Origin: Gemmatimonadota bacterium
GTDB lineage: Bacteria > Gemmatimonadota > Gemmatimonadetes > Gemmatimonadales > GWC2-71-9
Direction: 5' to 3'
Assembly: GCA_040388535.1 (NCBI GenBank)
Contig: JAZKBR010000008.1
Location: 94,524-158,523 of the forward strand
Length of the DNA: 64,000 bases
Positions 1 to 11,180 of the stretch are shown one piece after another. Positions within the stretch are counted from its first letter, which is position 1; each line of letters starts with the position of its first letter. The notes under the pieces were generated by a model that did no database searches, was not told the origin of the DNA, and saw nothing but the letters and a program-made list of their open reading frames with translations. The translations under genes were made by a program, and so were the position numbers.

Positions 1-1065
1 GGCGACGATCACGTCACCCTGCTCGAGCCCTGCGGCCTTCGCGGGAGACTTGTCCGAGCCGAAATCGCTGATCTTCACGCCGGCGATGGCATCGAGGCCG
101 AGGTAGACCGCGTCCTCGCCGTCAGCGGTCTCGACGATCACGTCGAGTCCTGCGCGCACGACCTTGCCGTGCGCGATGATCTGCGTCATCACCTTGCGGG
201 CGAGGTCGATCGGCACCGCGAAGGCGTAGCCGGAGTAGAAACCGGTGAAGGACGCAATCGCCGAGTTGATACCGATCACTTCGCCGCGGACGTTCATCAG
301 CGGGCCACCCGAGTTGCCCTTGTTGATGGCGGCATCGGTCTGGATGAAGTCCTGGATTTCGCCACGACGTTGCGGCGTGCCGGGTTCGTTGAGCCGCAGC
401 GTGCCGCGGCCCTTGGCACTCACAATTCCCTGGGTCACCGAGAAGGTGAGATCTTCACCGAGCGGGTTGCCGATTGCCAGCACCCATTCGCCGACGCGCA
501 CCTTGTCGGATTCGCCCAGCGCCGCCGGTGTCAGGCCGGTCGCGTCGATTTTCAGGACGCCGATGTCGGTGTCCTTGTCGGTGCCGATGATCCGCGCGAT
601 GTAGGAGCGACCGTCGAGCAGGCGCACTCGCACCTTGGTCGCGCCTTCGACAACGTGGTTGTTGGTCAGGATGTACCCATCAGACGAGACCACGAACCCC
701 GAGCCGCTGCTCCGGTCGACCTGGCCCTCGTCAGGCTGATGGAAATACTTCTCGAAGCCGGGCGGAATGTTCTTGGGGGCCGTGATGCTCTGCGGCGCTT
801 CTTCCCGTTCCGACTGGATGAAGACCACCGACGGTCGCACGGCCTCGGCGATCGCCGCATAGGCATCGCTGAGATCGGCGAGCGGCTTCGCCGCCGGAAT
901 GTGCGGCGCGTCGACTTTCACGATCGGCGCGTGCGGCCCGCCGCGGTTCTCCTGAGCGAGACCGTTGCGGGGGAAATTCAGGAGCCCGGCGAAGAAGAGG
1001 CCGAGCACGAAGGCGAGCGCCACGAGGGCGCCGAATTTGAGCCAGTTGCGGGAGTGCGTGGACAT
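1..1065 (-). CDS. degP: Do/DegP (HtrA) family serine endoprotease with PDZ domain, 3'-truncated by the window edge
   Basis: Manual translation from ATG at 1065 (absent from the ORF track because it runs off the edge): MSTHSRNWLKFGALVALAFVLGLFF signal/anchor, then GSGFVVSSDGYILTNNHVV, DTDIGVLKI and IQTDAAINKGNSGGPL (trypsin His/Asp/Ser motifs), then the start of a PDZ domain. Confidence 0.9.
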   Translation of the reverse strand, partial: MSTHSRNWLKFGALVALAFVLGLFFAGLLNFPRNGLAQENRGGPHAPIVKVDAPHIPAAKPLADLSDAYAAIAEAVRPSVVFIQSEREEAPQSITAPKNIPPGFEKYFHQPDEGQVDRSSGSGFVVSSDGYILTNNHVVEGATKVRVRLLDGRSYIARIIGTDKDTDIGVLKIDATGLTPAALGESDKVRVGEWVLAIGNPLGEDLTFSVTQGIVSAKGRGTLRLNEPGTPQRRGEIQDFIQTDAAINKGNSGGPLMNVRGEVIGINSAIASFTGFYSGYAFAVPIDLARKVMTQIIAHGKVVRAGLDVIVETADGEDAVYLGLDAIAGVKISDFGSDKSPAKAAGLEQGDVIVA

Positions 1066-1184
1066 GGGTCCGTTTCCAGGGTGTGTATCCGGCGGGCCGG
1101 ACCCCAGAGAGGAGCCCGGCCCGCACTGACTACATAATACTCTGATGCACCGACCGGGGTTTCGGTCGCAAGAGCAACCCCGGC

Positions 1185-3098
<1,914 letters not shown>

Positions 3099-3172
3099 GG
3101 TCTCGTTATCTCCTGAAATCCGTCGACGACGGCCGTTCTGGCCTGTGGTCGGTGCGGTCGCGCGATGGAGGG

Positions 3173-3188
3173 GCAAGCGGCATACCGG
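3173..3188 (-). promoter_or_regulatory. Candidate sigma-54 (-24/-12) promoter of dnaK
   Basis: Minus strand reads CCGGTATGCCGCTTGC = GG-N10-GC ending in TTGC, about 75 bp upstream of the dnaK ATG. Confidence 0.5.
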
Positions 3189-3223
3189 GATTGCCTGCCG
3201 GATTGGCAGGGTAGGCCTGACGC

Positions 3224-3260
3224 GAAAAAGGCCGCACCCCGGTGGGGTGCGGCCTTTTTC
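3224..3260. terminator. Intrinsic terminator with symmetric (bidirectional-type) hairpin downstream of the PEP-CTERM gene
   Basis: Perfect 17-bp inverted repeat GAAAAAGGCCGCACCCC-GGT-GGGGTGCGGCCTTTTTC with T tracts on both strands. Confidence 0.8.
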
Positions 3261-3279
3261 AGCAAGCGCTGCCGGTGGT

Positions 3280-3807
3280 CTAGAGAGTCTTGCGACGCCG
3301 CTTGAGTGCAAGCCCAGCCAAGCCAGTGGCGAGCAACGACATCGTCGCCGGTTCGGGCACCACATCACCCGGGGTGCCTTCGCCGCGAACCAGCCACGTT
3401 TCCCGGTTGGGGTCATCGACGACGTAGTAATCTGAGCCGGAACCGAAATACCCTGCGATGGCATCACCGTAGTCGCAGTTCTGGAACCCCGTAACAAACC
3501 AGAACGCCGCGCAGCGCATCTGGCCACCATCGCTGAGGAAGTTTCCCGCCGGATCGAGGAATGCGCTGGCGGCGGGACGATTCGCCCACTCTTCTGCCGT
3601 GGCGAAGCGGAAGCCGTCGACGAAGTTGTAGCTGTTGTCGCAGGTACTACCCGACATCCGGCATGGGGAAGCCCAAGCCCAGTCGAGGCCCAAGTAGGTA
3701 ATGAAGGCGTTGGCCGCGACCGGTGGAGCTGACTGGGCAGACGCCGCGGACGGCGCTCCCAGGAGTGCGGCTGCTGCGAGGGCAATGACCGCAAGACGTT
3801 TGGACAA
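3280..3807 (-). CDS. PEP-CTERM sorting domain-containing secreted protein (175 aa, TTG start)
   Basis: Signal peptide (M)[24 protein letters not shown]; C-terminal [27 protein letters not shown] (PEP motif, TM helix, basic tail); AGAGG SD before TTG. Confidence 0.85.
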   Translation of the reverse strand: MSKRLAVIALAAAALLGAPSAASAQSAPPVAANAFITYLGLDWAWASPCRMSGSTCDNSYNFVDGFRFATAEEWANRPAASAFLDPAGNFLSDGGQMRCAAFWFVTGFQNCDYGDAIAGYFGSGSDYYVVDDPNRETWLVRGEGTPGDVVPEPATMSLLATGLAGLALKRRRKTL

Positions 3808-3844
3808 GGGCGCCTCTGGATGTGGATGGTTCCCCGGGGGAAGC

Positions 3845-3859
3845 GCATGCCCTGTACCG
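3845..3859 (-). promoter_or_regulatory. Candidate sigma-54 promoter of the PEP-CTERM gene
   Basis: Minus strand CGGTACAGGGCATGC = GG-N10-GC, 38 bp upstream of the start; PEP-CTERM genes are commonly sigma-54/PrsR controlled. Confidence 0.35.
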
Positions 3860-4049
3860 TTCTCCGCCCCTGTGAGCCGATTTTTGAAGTCGATGATCTG
3901 CAATGACTTACAGAACCGTGTGCCAGTTGCATCGAGAGCCCGTTCGCGATCACTGTTGCAGCTCCGCCGCAACAGCATGTCGCTTGAGCCACAGCATGAG
4001 CCATAGCGCGGGGTGGCTTCAGGCTCCCGCTCAGGCTTCATTGCTGGTC

Positions 4050-4847
4050 ATGACTCGCCGCTGGGTCGTTTTACTCGCCCTGCTGGGCTGTTCGCCTGCC
4101 GGCACACCCTCGTTACCGGCACCCGAGCGGGTTCGTCAGTACCAGGCCAGTCGGGCGAGTTCGGCTCCGATGATCGACGGGAGGCTCCGCGACCCGGCCT
4201 GGGAGAACGCACGGTGGAGCGAGACATTCGTGGATATCGAGGGAGTCGCCCGCCCGGCACCGACCTGGGCCACCCGATTCAAGCTCGCCTGGGATGATGG
4301 CTTCCTCTACGTCGCCGTGGCGATGGACGAGCCCGACCTCTGGGCCACGCTCACCCAGCGTGACGCGGTGATTTACCACGACAACGATATCGAGCTCTTC
4401 GTCGATCCCGATGGCGATGGCCTGCGCTATTTCGAACTCGAGCTCAATGCGCTGAATACGCCGTGGGACCTCTTCCTTGCCAAGCCTTATCGCGATGGTG
4501 GCCGAGGCGACAATTCCTGGGATATCACCGGATTGCGGTCTGCCGTCGGACTCGAGGGAACGCTGAACGATCCGCGCGATCGCGACGGCGGCTGGACTGT
4601 GGAATTCGCGATACCGTGGCAGGCATTCAGCGACGGCGGTGGGACCAAGGTGCCGCCGAAACGGGGCGATCGCTGGCGGATTAATTTTTCGCGAGTGGAG
4701 TGGGACCTGGACGTCGTGGATGGCCAGTACCGCAAACGGCCGGCACTCTCGTCCACCCTGCATCCCGAGCACAACTGGGTCTGGTCACCGCAAGGCGAGA
4801 TCAACATGCACGCACCGGAGCGGTGGGGAGTGGTAACCTTCCGATGA
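4050..4847 (+). CDS. Carbohydrate-binding family 9-like (DOMON-like) lipoprotein
   Basis: Lipobox-like LLALLGC; IDGRLRDPAW, WDDGFLYVA, DIELFVDPDG, WTVEFAIPW and WRINFSR patterns typical of CBM9-like proteins. Confidence 0.75.
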   Translation: MTRRWVVLLALLGCSPAGTPSLPAPERVRQYQASRASSAPMIDGRLRDPAWENARWSETFVDIEGVARPAPTWATRFKLAWDDGFLYVAVAMDEPDLWATLTQRDAVIYHDNDIELFVDPDGDGLRYFELELNALNTPWDLFLAKPYRDGGRGDNSWDITGLRSAVGLEGTLNDPRDRDGGWTVEFAIPWQAFSDGGGTKVPPKRGDRWRINFSRVEWDLDVVDGQYRKRPALSSTLHPEHNWVWSPQGEINMHAPERWGVVTFR

Positions 4848-5920
4848 ACGACCTCTCTCGCAGAACTTTTCTCCACGCGGCAGGCGCCGGGGCGATTGGC
4901 GCCTCGCTGCTGTCCCGGGTCGCGCCAAGTTCCCGCGCACCGTTCTCGGCGTGGACCTGGGTTCATGGCGGAGGGGCAACCACCCCCGACGAGTGGGGTG
5001 TCCGCTATCGGCGGCTCCGTGATGCCGGCCTCACCGGCGTGCTGGTGAATGGCGGTGACACCGCCGTGCACGCGGCAGCGGCACACGCGGCCGGGCTGGT
5101 GCTGCATCGCTGGACCTGGGCACTCAATCGCAGCGGTGACGCGCGGGTGAAGGCGGAACACCCCGAGTGGTTCTCGGTGAGTCGCAAGGGTGAAAGTTCG
5201 CTGACGCACCCACCCTACGTGGGCTACTACCAGTGGCTCTGCCCGTCGCGCGAAGAGGTGCGCGCCTATCTCAGTCAGGCGATGGGAGAGGTTGCGGCAG
5301 AACCTGGTGTCGACGCGGTGCACCTCGATTACATCCGCCATCCCGACGTGATCCTGCCGCGCAATCTGTGGGAGCAATACCACCTCGTGCAGGATCACGA
5401 GATGCCGGAATACGATTTCTGCTATTGCGAGGTCTGTCGCGAGAAATTCCGCAAGGAGCACGGGAAGGATCCGCTCGCCCTCAAGGACCCGAGTCGGAAT
5501 CGCGAGTGGCGCCAGTTCCGCTACGACTCGGTGAGTCAGCTGGTAGGCATTCTCGCACGCTCGGTTCACGCCCGGGGCAAGGCGATTTCAGCGGCGGTCT
5601 TTCCGACCCCGGCACTCGCTCGCATGCAGGTCCGGCAGGCGTGGGACAAATGGCCGCTCGACCTCGTCTTTCCCATGCTCTATCACAAGTTCCATCGTCA
5701 GGACATTCCCTGGATCGGCCGCGGGGTCGCGGAAGGAATCGCGGCACTCCCGGCGTCGACACCGGTGGTCGCCGGAGTGCATCTCCCCGATCTGCCACCG
5801 GCCGAGCTGGTGCAGGCGATCGAGGTGGCGCGGAATGCGGGTGCGTCGGGAGTGGCGATGTATGACTTGGGAGGTTTGAGCGATGCCCATCTGGCGGCCG
5901 TGAGAAGCGTGATGGGGTGA
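4844..5920 (+). CDS. Tat-exported glycosyl hydrolase-like 10 (DUF187/GHL10) TIM-barrel protein
   Basis: Tat signal MNDLSRRTFLHAAGAG; WLCPSREEVR, DAVHLDYIR, ISAAVFP and QAWDKW motifs; ATGA overlap with the upstream gene. Confidence 0.75.
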   Translation: MNDLSRRTFLHAAGAGAIGASLLSRVAPSSRAPFSAWTWVHGGGATTPDEWGVRYRRLRDAGLTGVLVNGGDTAVHAAAAHAAGLVLHRWTWALNRSGDARVKAEHPEWFSVSRKGESSLTHPPYVGYYQWLCPSREEVRAYLSQAMGEVAAEPGVDAVHLDYIRHPDVILPRNLWEQYHLVQDHEMPEYDFCYCEVCREKFRKEHGKDPLALKDPSRNREWRQFRYDSVSQLVGILARSVHARGKAISAAVFPTPALARMQVRQAWDKWPLDLVFPMLYHKFHRQDIPWIGRGVAEGIAALPASTPVVAGVHLPDLPPAELVQAIEVARNAGASGVAMYDLGGLSDAHLAAVRSVMG

Positions 5921-5987
5921 TGGGTGATGGGTGGGTGAGGAGAAGGGAGAAGGGAGAAGGGAGAAGGGAGAAGGGAGAAGGGAGAAG
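5910..5987. repeat. Heptamer tandem repeats: about 3x TGATGGG followed by 7 perfect GGAGAAG units, between convergent genes
   Basis: Read directly: (GGAGAAG)7 at 5939-5987; TGATGGG at 5910, 5918 and 5925. Confidence 0.95.
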
Positions 5988-5990
5988 GAC

Positions 5991-6572
5991 TCAGCCGAAG
6001 TTTTCGGGATGTCGCGCCATGTCGGCCGTGAAGGTTGCGCGCAGGCGCGCGATGTCCTGGTCGAGTGCGCCGGTCGGACGGAACAGCGGTTCGATCGACA
6101 TGCGTTTGTGTTGGTAGTCGAGCGACACCGGGACGATCGGAACGCCCGCGCCCACAGCGATTCGATAGAAGCCGCTCTTCCACTCCGTGGTACGCTTGCG
6201 AGTGCCCTCCGGCGACAGCCCCATTACCAGTTGCGCGCGCGAATGGAAACGTTCGATGGCGGATTCCACGGTCCCGAGCGATGTGGTCCGATCAATCGGC
6301 TCACCACCGAGCCAGCGGAGGATTGGTGCGGCAGGCCAGAAGAAGATGGTGTGCTTGCCGAGCCAGGTGAGGCGAATGCCGTAGCCGAACATTGCCATGA
6401 TGCAGAGGAAGAAATCCCAATTCGAGGTGTGAGGCACCACGATCAGGACGAATTTCGGCTCCTCAGGTAACTCCCCTTCGAGGTGCCAGCCGAAGAGCGC
6501 GAGCAGGCGGCGGTTGAAGGCGCGAGTGGCCGGCGTGCCCCGACGTGGCGCGCCAAGGGACCTGCTGCTCAC
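5991..6572 (-). CDS. Lysophospholipid/1-acyl-sn-glycerol-3-phosphate acyltransferase family protein (PlsC-like)
   Basis: PHTSNWD (HX4D) and SPEGTR motifs, GVPIVPV. Confidence 0.85.
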   Translation of the reverse strand: MSSRSLGAPRRGTPATRAFNRRLLALFGWHLEGELPEEPKFVLIVVPHTSNWDFFLCIMAMFGYGIRLTWLGKHTIFFWPAAPILRWLGGEPIDRTTSLGTVESAIERFHSRAQLVMGLSPEGTRKRTTEWKSGFYRIAVGAGVPIVPVSLDYQHKRMSIEPLFRPTGALDQDIARLRATFTADMARHPENFG

Positions 6573-8101
6573 TTCGCCCCGGCAGCGCGTGCTGCGCCGC
6601 GCAGTGCCAACGGGCGATTCGGGGTTTCGTGCAACGCACGCGCAAATTCTCGTGCGGCCTCGTCGCGGCGACCGGTGGCCAGCAGTGCCTCACCCAGCAA
6701 CTCGTGCGCGGGCTTGTCGACGAACGGTGGTCCGAACGCATAGGGAATGCTGTCGGAGAGGAGTACCGCGCGGCGCAGTCGTTGTTGCGCGGCAAAGGTG
6801 TCATGGCGCGCGAGTCGGATGACTCCATCGAGTTCGAGTTCGAGCACGGCGCCGCGCTGCGCATCGGCGCGATCCTCGGGCGAGCTGTTGCCACGCCTCA
6901 CAATCAAGGCGGCTGCTTCGGCGTTGGCCTGCCTGAGCGCCTTGAGGTCGGCGGCGGCGGTCGCGCTGTCGCCACGCTTTGCGGCGGCGTAGCCGTGAGC
7001 GAAGTACCAGGTCTGTCGGTCGAACGGGTCGGTGAGGGTGGTCGGGCGCCACATCGCGTCGGGCCCTGCCCACGCTTCCGTATCGAGCAGCTGTCGCGAC
7101 CACATCGCGATCGCGTCGCCAGTGAACGCCGAATCGCTGGAGGCGCGACGCTGACATTGCTGGAGCAAGGCCGTCGCCATCGCCGTCCGGCCGAGCGAGA
7201 GGTAGCCGTAGTGAAGCCAGCTGTTGTAGTGCCCGCACCCCTTGCCACTCGTCATTCCCGGCATCGCGTGGCCACTCGCGTCGGTATGCGTCGCGCGCTG
7301 ATTGGCCGCGACGAGATCCTGCCACATGCCGCGCGCCATGAAGATGTGCGAGGTCATGTGCTGGGCGTGATCCGCCGCGGGCGCACTGCGCGCGAGGCTG
7401 CGGGCTGCGGCCAGCCCGGCACCGGCGTGGTCGGGGTCGTCGGTAGCGTGAATCACATAATGCGCCGCACCGGAGTGCGCCGGCTGGCGGCGAAGCACGT
7501 CGTTCGCGATGAGGTAGGCGCGACGATAGGTCGCGGTGTCGCGGACACCCTGATTGAGCGAGAGCAGGGCGAGCGCGTGGAAGAGCTTCGCCTCGTCGTC
7601 AGCAGGATATTGCTGCGACAGCTTCGCCATCGCCGCGGCATAGAGTGTGTCGCGGTGCGGCTTGCTCCCGGCACCGTAGAGCACCTCAACCGTCGCGAGG
7701 TAGTCGCGCTCGCGCTGGCTGCGCGCCTTCGCCGCACGCGCGGCCGCTGTCGGGGCAAACCGTGCGAGTGCCGCCCGGGCGGAGTCGGGGAACTGTTCAT
7801 CCCACACGCCGTAGTTCGACGCCATCGCTTCGCCCCAGAACGCCATCGTCATGCCGGGGTCGAGTCGTTCCGCCGAGCGGAAAGCGGCGACGGCCTCGTC
7901 GTAGTGGAAGAGATGGAGCAGCATCGCGCCGCGGAGAAAGGCGCTGCGGGCCACTGGTGAAGCGGTGGAGACCGGAAAGACGAGCGCGCCGAGCCCGGGC
8001 ACCTCGACGGCCGTCGGCTGCTGCGCCGACAGTGGCGCCCCCGCCGCAACCAGCACAAGCGTTACCGCAAGGCCCGACTGAACCCGGTGCTTCATCGTCA
8101 C
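6569..8101 (-). CDS. Secreted TPR-like helical repeat protein with His-rich motifs
   Basis: Signal peptide; FLRGAMLLHLFHYDEAVAAFRSAERLDP TPR-like start; HSGAAHYVIH and HAQHMTSHIF motifs; 4-bp overlaps with both neighbours. Confidence 0.7.
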   Translation of the reverse strand: MTMKHRVQSGLAVTLVLVAAGAPLSAQQPTAVEVPGLGALVFPVSTASPVARSAFLRGAMLLHLFHYDEAVAAFRSAERLDPGMTMAFWGEAMASNYGVWDEQFPDSARAALARFAPTAAARAAKARSQRERDYLATVEVLYGAGSKPHRDTLYAAAMAKLSQQYPADDEAKLFHALALLSLNQGVRDTATYRRAYLIANDVLRRQPAHSGAAHYVIHATDDPDHAGAGLAAARSLARSAPAADHAQHMTSHIFMARGMWQDLVAANQRATHTDASGHAMPGMTSGKGCGHYNSWLHYGYLSLGRTAMATALLQQCQRRASSDSAFTGDAIAMWSRQLLDTEAWAGPDAMWRPTTLTDPFDRQTWYFAHGYAAAKRGDSATAAADLKALRQANAEAAALIVRRGNSSPEDRADAQRGAVLELELDGVIRLARHDTFAAQQRLRRAVLLSDSIPYAFGPPFVDKPAHELLGEALLATGRRDEAAREFARALHETPNRPLALRGAARAAGAK

Positions 8102-9957
8102 TTGACGATGAGCGTCTGGCGCCAGAGCACTGGACCCTGGCCGAATCCTGCGGTCAGCTGGTACTGCCCGGGGCGCAGAGGCGCTGGCAGCTCGAAGTCC
8201 CAGGTCTCGCCTACATCCACGAGTTCTGACGCCGGGCGCGGCACCCGGAGTGATGGCTGCAGGTCGGCGCCGTCCTTCGCGCGCGGGCGCCAGGCCACCA
8301 GGGTGGTGTCTGCGCGGATCGAGAACTTCACGCGATTGGCCGGCCCGATATTGATGAACCGGAAACGATGGGTCACGCCGCCACTGAGGGTGAGCGGAGC
8401 CGACGTGGCCGAGTCACCGTTGACGAGAATATCCTGGGTGGCTGAAACGCCGTTCCAGAGAGCGATGTACAGGTGGTCGGTCGTCGGATCGAAGGGATGA
8501 CCGGGCTCGGTCACGACAATGGCGCCGGCGGCGCCGCCGGTCACCTGCTCGATGTCATTCATGTGCGTGTGATACATGAAGGTGCCGGCGCGCGGCAGCA
8601 GCAGGTGCGCGACGAAGGTCTTCCCCGGCTCGATCGGTGGCGCAAGTGCGGTCCCGCGATTGCTCCAGCCCACCACACCATCCGACCAGCTCTCGAGTTC
8701 GATCCCGTGCCAGTGGATACCGCCTGATTGCGTCGTGCGGTTGTGCACGAGGATGTCGACGGGCTGCCCACGAGTCAGGAAGAGCGTCGAGGCGGGGTTC
8801 TGCATCGAGTCGGGTCGGGGTGCCACCCCGCCGCGCTGAACGATGTAGCTGAAGGTCGCCGGCATATTGCCGCGCGCTGGCCCCTGCTGCATGAACAGGT
8901 CGAGTTGACGCCGGGGTACCGGGCTCGTGGAGGCCGCACCACGCCGCGGCGCCACGTTCAGCCCCATCACAAGCCCCGCCATATGCTCCGCCGGATCTGG
9001 CGAGTGCGTCTGATGGACGTCGGCGGCATCGTGGTCCATCCGCGAATCCGGAATCACATGGAAAGTGAGGTGACAGTGGAAGAGCCAGTTGCCGGGTCGA
9101 TCGGGCGACCACGTCAGCTCGCGCGTCGACCACGGCAGGTAGGTCTCGGTGACCGCGAGCATCGCCTTGCTCGCGGGGATCGGCGTGGCGGCGAGCCCGG
9201 TGCCTGTGGCTGTGTTCCGGAAATAGAAGCCATGCAGATGCATCGGGTGCGGCCGGATGGTGCCGTTGATCACCCGCCACCGCAACGAGTCACCCACGGT
9301 GGTGCTGATCCGCTCGGTGTACGGCCACGACTTGCCGTTGATCGCCAGCGCTTCCTTGTAGTGCGTCGAGTCGATGTCGACGTTCACGATGTTGAGTACG
9401 AAGATCCGATCGGGGCGAGAGCCGCCCGCCGGATCGACCACGAACGCGCCCCCCGTCGTGGTGCGCTCCTGATCGCCACGCTTCATCCCTTGCATGCCGA
9501 TGTTGGCGCGGTAGAGATAAGTCCCCGGCACGCCGGCCACGAAGGTCACCGTCGCGGAGTCGCCGGGCCTGAGGTGCAGCGTGTCGGCTTCGGCGATGGG
9601 ATGCCTGCCGAGTCCGATGATGTGCGCGGTCGAATCGGTGAGCGTGTTATGGACCGTGGCGCGGACCACCGTTCCCTCGCGCACTCGAATCAGCGGCGCG
9701 GGAATACGCGGCGCCTTGCCGGCCTCGCTGAACGCCTCCACCGTGGCGTGCGGCCCATCCTCCGCCTCGGGATACCACTCGGCCCGCTGCAAGACCAGGT
9801 CGATGTGCAGGGTGTCCTGGCGCAGCGATCCGCCGGCCTCACGATTGTCATTGGCAACGACGCGAGGCGCCGGCGCCGCTCCGCGGGGCGTCAGGGTCAC
9901 CCCGGCGGTGAGGAATGCACCGGCGGCAAACACGATCTGCAGGGCGAGGCCACGCAT
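8098..9957 (-). CDS. Secreted multicopper oxidase domain protein (four cupredoxin-like domains)
   Basis: HPMHLHG, WLFHCHLTFH, IHWHG and FMYHTH copper-ligand motifs; signal peptide. Confidence 0.85.
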   Translation of the reverse strand: MRGLALQIVFAAGAFLTAGVTLTPRGAAPAPRVVANDNREAGGSLRQDTLHIDLVLQRAEWYPEAEDGPHATVEAFSEAGKAPRIPAPLIRVREGTVVRATVHNTLTDSTAHIIGLGRHPIAEADTLHLRPGDSATVTFVAGVPGTYLYRANIGMQGMKRGDQERTTTGGAFVVDPAGGSRPDRIFVLNIVNVDIDSTHYKEALAINGKSWPYTERISTTVGDSLRWRVINGTIRPHPMHLHGFYFRNTATGTGLAATPIPASKAMLAVTETYLPWSTRELTWSPDRPGNWLFHCHLTFHVIPDSRMDHDAADVHQTHSPDPAEHMAGLVMGLNVAPRRGAASTSPVPRRQLDLFMQQGPARGNMPATFSYIVQRGGVAPRPDSMQNPASTLFLTRGQPVDILVHNRTTQSGGIHWHGIELESWSDGVVGWSNRGTALAPPIEPGKTFVAHLLLPRAGTFMYHTHMNDIEQVTGGAAGAIVVTEPGHPFDPTTDHLYIALWNGVSATQDILVNGDSATSAPLTLSGGVTHRFRFINIGPANRVKFSIRADTTLVAWRPRAKDGADLQPSLRVPRPASELVDVGETWDFELPAPLRPGQYQLTAGFGQGPVLWRQTLIVK

Positions 9958-10079
9958 GGCGAACCATCCCGGGTTGGGTGGTGTGAGGCGGGGGTGGGCC
10001 GTTCAGTTGTGAGACGAAGCGGGGAAGTATGCCTGCGGAAGGGCGGGGTGGTAAGGGGAACCACCCCGGTGAGCCAGGT

Positions 10080-11180
10080 TCAGCGCCAGGCGCGCGGGAT
10101 CGCCTCGGCCTTGGGAACCAGCGCAGCGGCGCCGGCTTCGAGGCGTTCGGCGATCCGCCGACGAATGGCCCGCAGCTCGCGGAAGCCGACGAGCTTCCGC
10201 TCCTCTTCATCCCAGAGGGTGAGCCACAGCGTGCGGACGCTCCCCGGCAGCGTGAGCGTGGTGACCTGCTGAAGCACCGGGTTTTCGTCGAAGCAGCGTT
10301 GCAGGCGGTAGTTCGGAATCCGCGAGGCGACGTGATGAATGTGATGCAGCCCGATGTTGGCGGTGCACCACTGCAGCAGCTTCGGCATCACCAGATGCGA
10401 GGCGCCCTCGAGGCCGGAAGCGTAGTAGTTCCACGCCTCGCGATAGCGCCAGTAGGTGTCCTCGAACTGGTGCTGCACATAGAAGAGGTAGACGCCAATT
10501 GCGCCGGCGAGCAGGGTGACCGGGACCTGAACCATCAGGAAGCGCTGCCAGCCCACGAGCCAGCACATCGCCGCAACGGCGCCGACAATCCCGACATTGG
10601 TCCAGTGCACGCTGGCCCATTCACGCTTCCAGCTGCGCGGGATGTCGAGCGGGAGGCGATGCTTGAGCACGAACTGCCACGCCGGCCCAACGACCAGCAA
10701 CACGAGCGGGTGCCGATAGAGCCGGTAGAGGCGCTGCTTGCCGCGCGGGAGCGCGAGGTATTCGGCCACGGTGAGCGTGTCGATATCACCGAGATCGCGG
10801 CCGTCGAGATCGCCCGAGGTCGCGTGATGGATCGCGTGGGTCTTGCGCCAGTAGGTATAGGGAACCAGCGTGATCACGCCGAGGATCGAGCCGACGATGG
10901 AATTGGCGCGACGCGAGGTGAAGAAGGAGCCGTGCCCGCAATCGTGCTGCAACATGAAAAGGCGGACGACCATCATCGCAGTCGGAGCAGCGAGGAGCAG
11001 GGTGAGCCAGTAGCCCACCGAGAGGCTCCAGAGCATCAGCGCCCAGGAGCCAGCGAAGAGCGCAGCGGTGCTGGCGAGCTGCCAGATGCTCGACCAGAGA
11101 ACGGAACTCCGGTACGGCGCCAGGACGGCGTTCCAGTCGATTGATCCTTCGGTGCTGTCCTCGGCGGCGCTGGTTGCCAT
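10080..11180 (-). CDS. Membrane fatty acid desaturase (Bacillus Des-like)
   Basis: Three His boxes HDCGH, HAIHH and HHIHH; QHQF; hydrophobic segments. Confidence 0.9.
   Translation of the reverse strand: MATSAAEDSTEGSIDWNAVLAPYRSSVLWSSIWQLASTAALFAGSWALMLWSLSVGYWLTLLLAAPTAMMVVRLFMLQHDCGHGSFFTSRRANSIVGSILGVITLVPYTYWRKTHAIHHATSGDLDGRDLGDIDTLTVAEYLALPRGKQRLYRLYRHPLVLLVVGPAWQFVLKHRLPLDIPRSWKREWASVHWTNVGIVGAVAAMCWLVGWQRFLMVQVPVTLLAGAIGVYLFYVQHQFEDTYWRYREAWNYYASGLEGASHLVMPKLLQWCTANIGLHHIHHVASRIPNYRLQRCFDENPVLQQVTTLTLPGSVRTLWLTLWDEEERKLVGFRELRAIRRRIAERLEAGAAALVPKAEAIPRAWR

Noticed and set aside
3099-3279. CIRCE (HrcA operator) upstream of dnaK
   Set aside because: No TTAGCACTC-N9-GAGTGCTAA match; only a short CCTGCC/GGCAGG palindrome
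10045-10067. 8-bp hairpin after the desaturase as an intrinsic terminator
   Set aside because: No U tract follows on the minus strand; too weak to call
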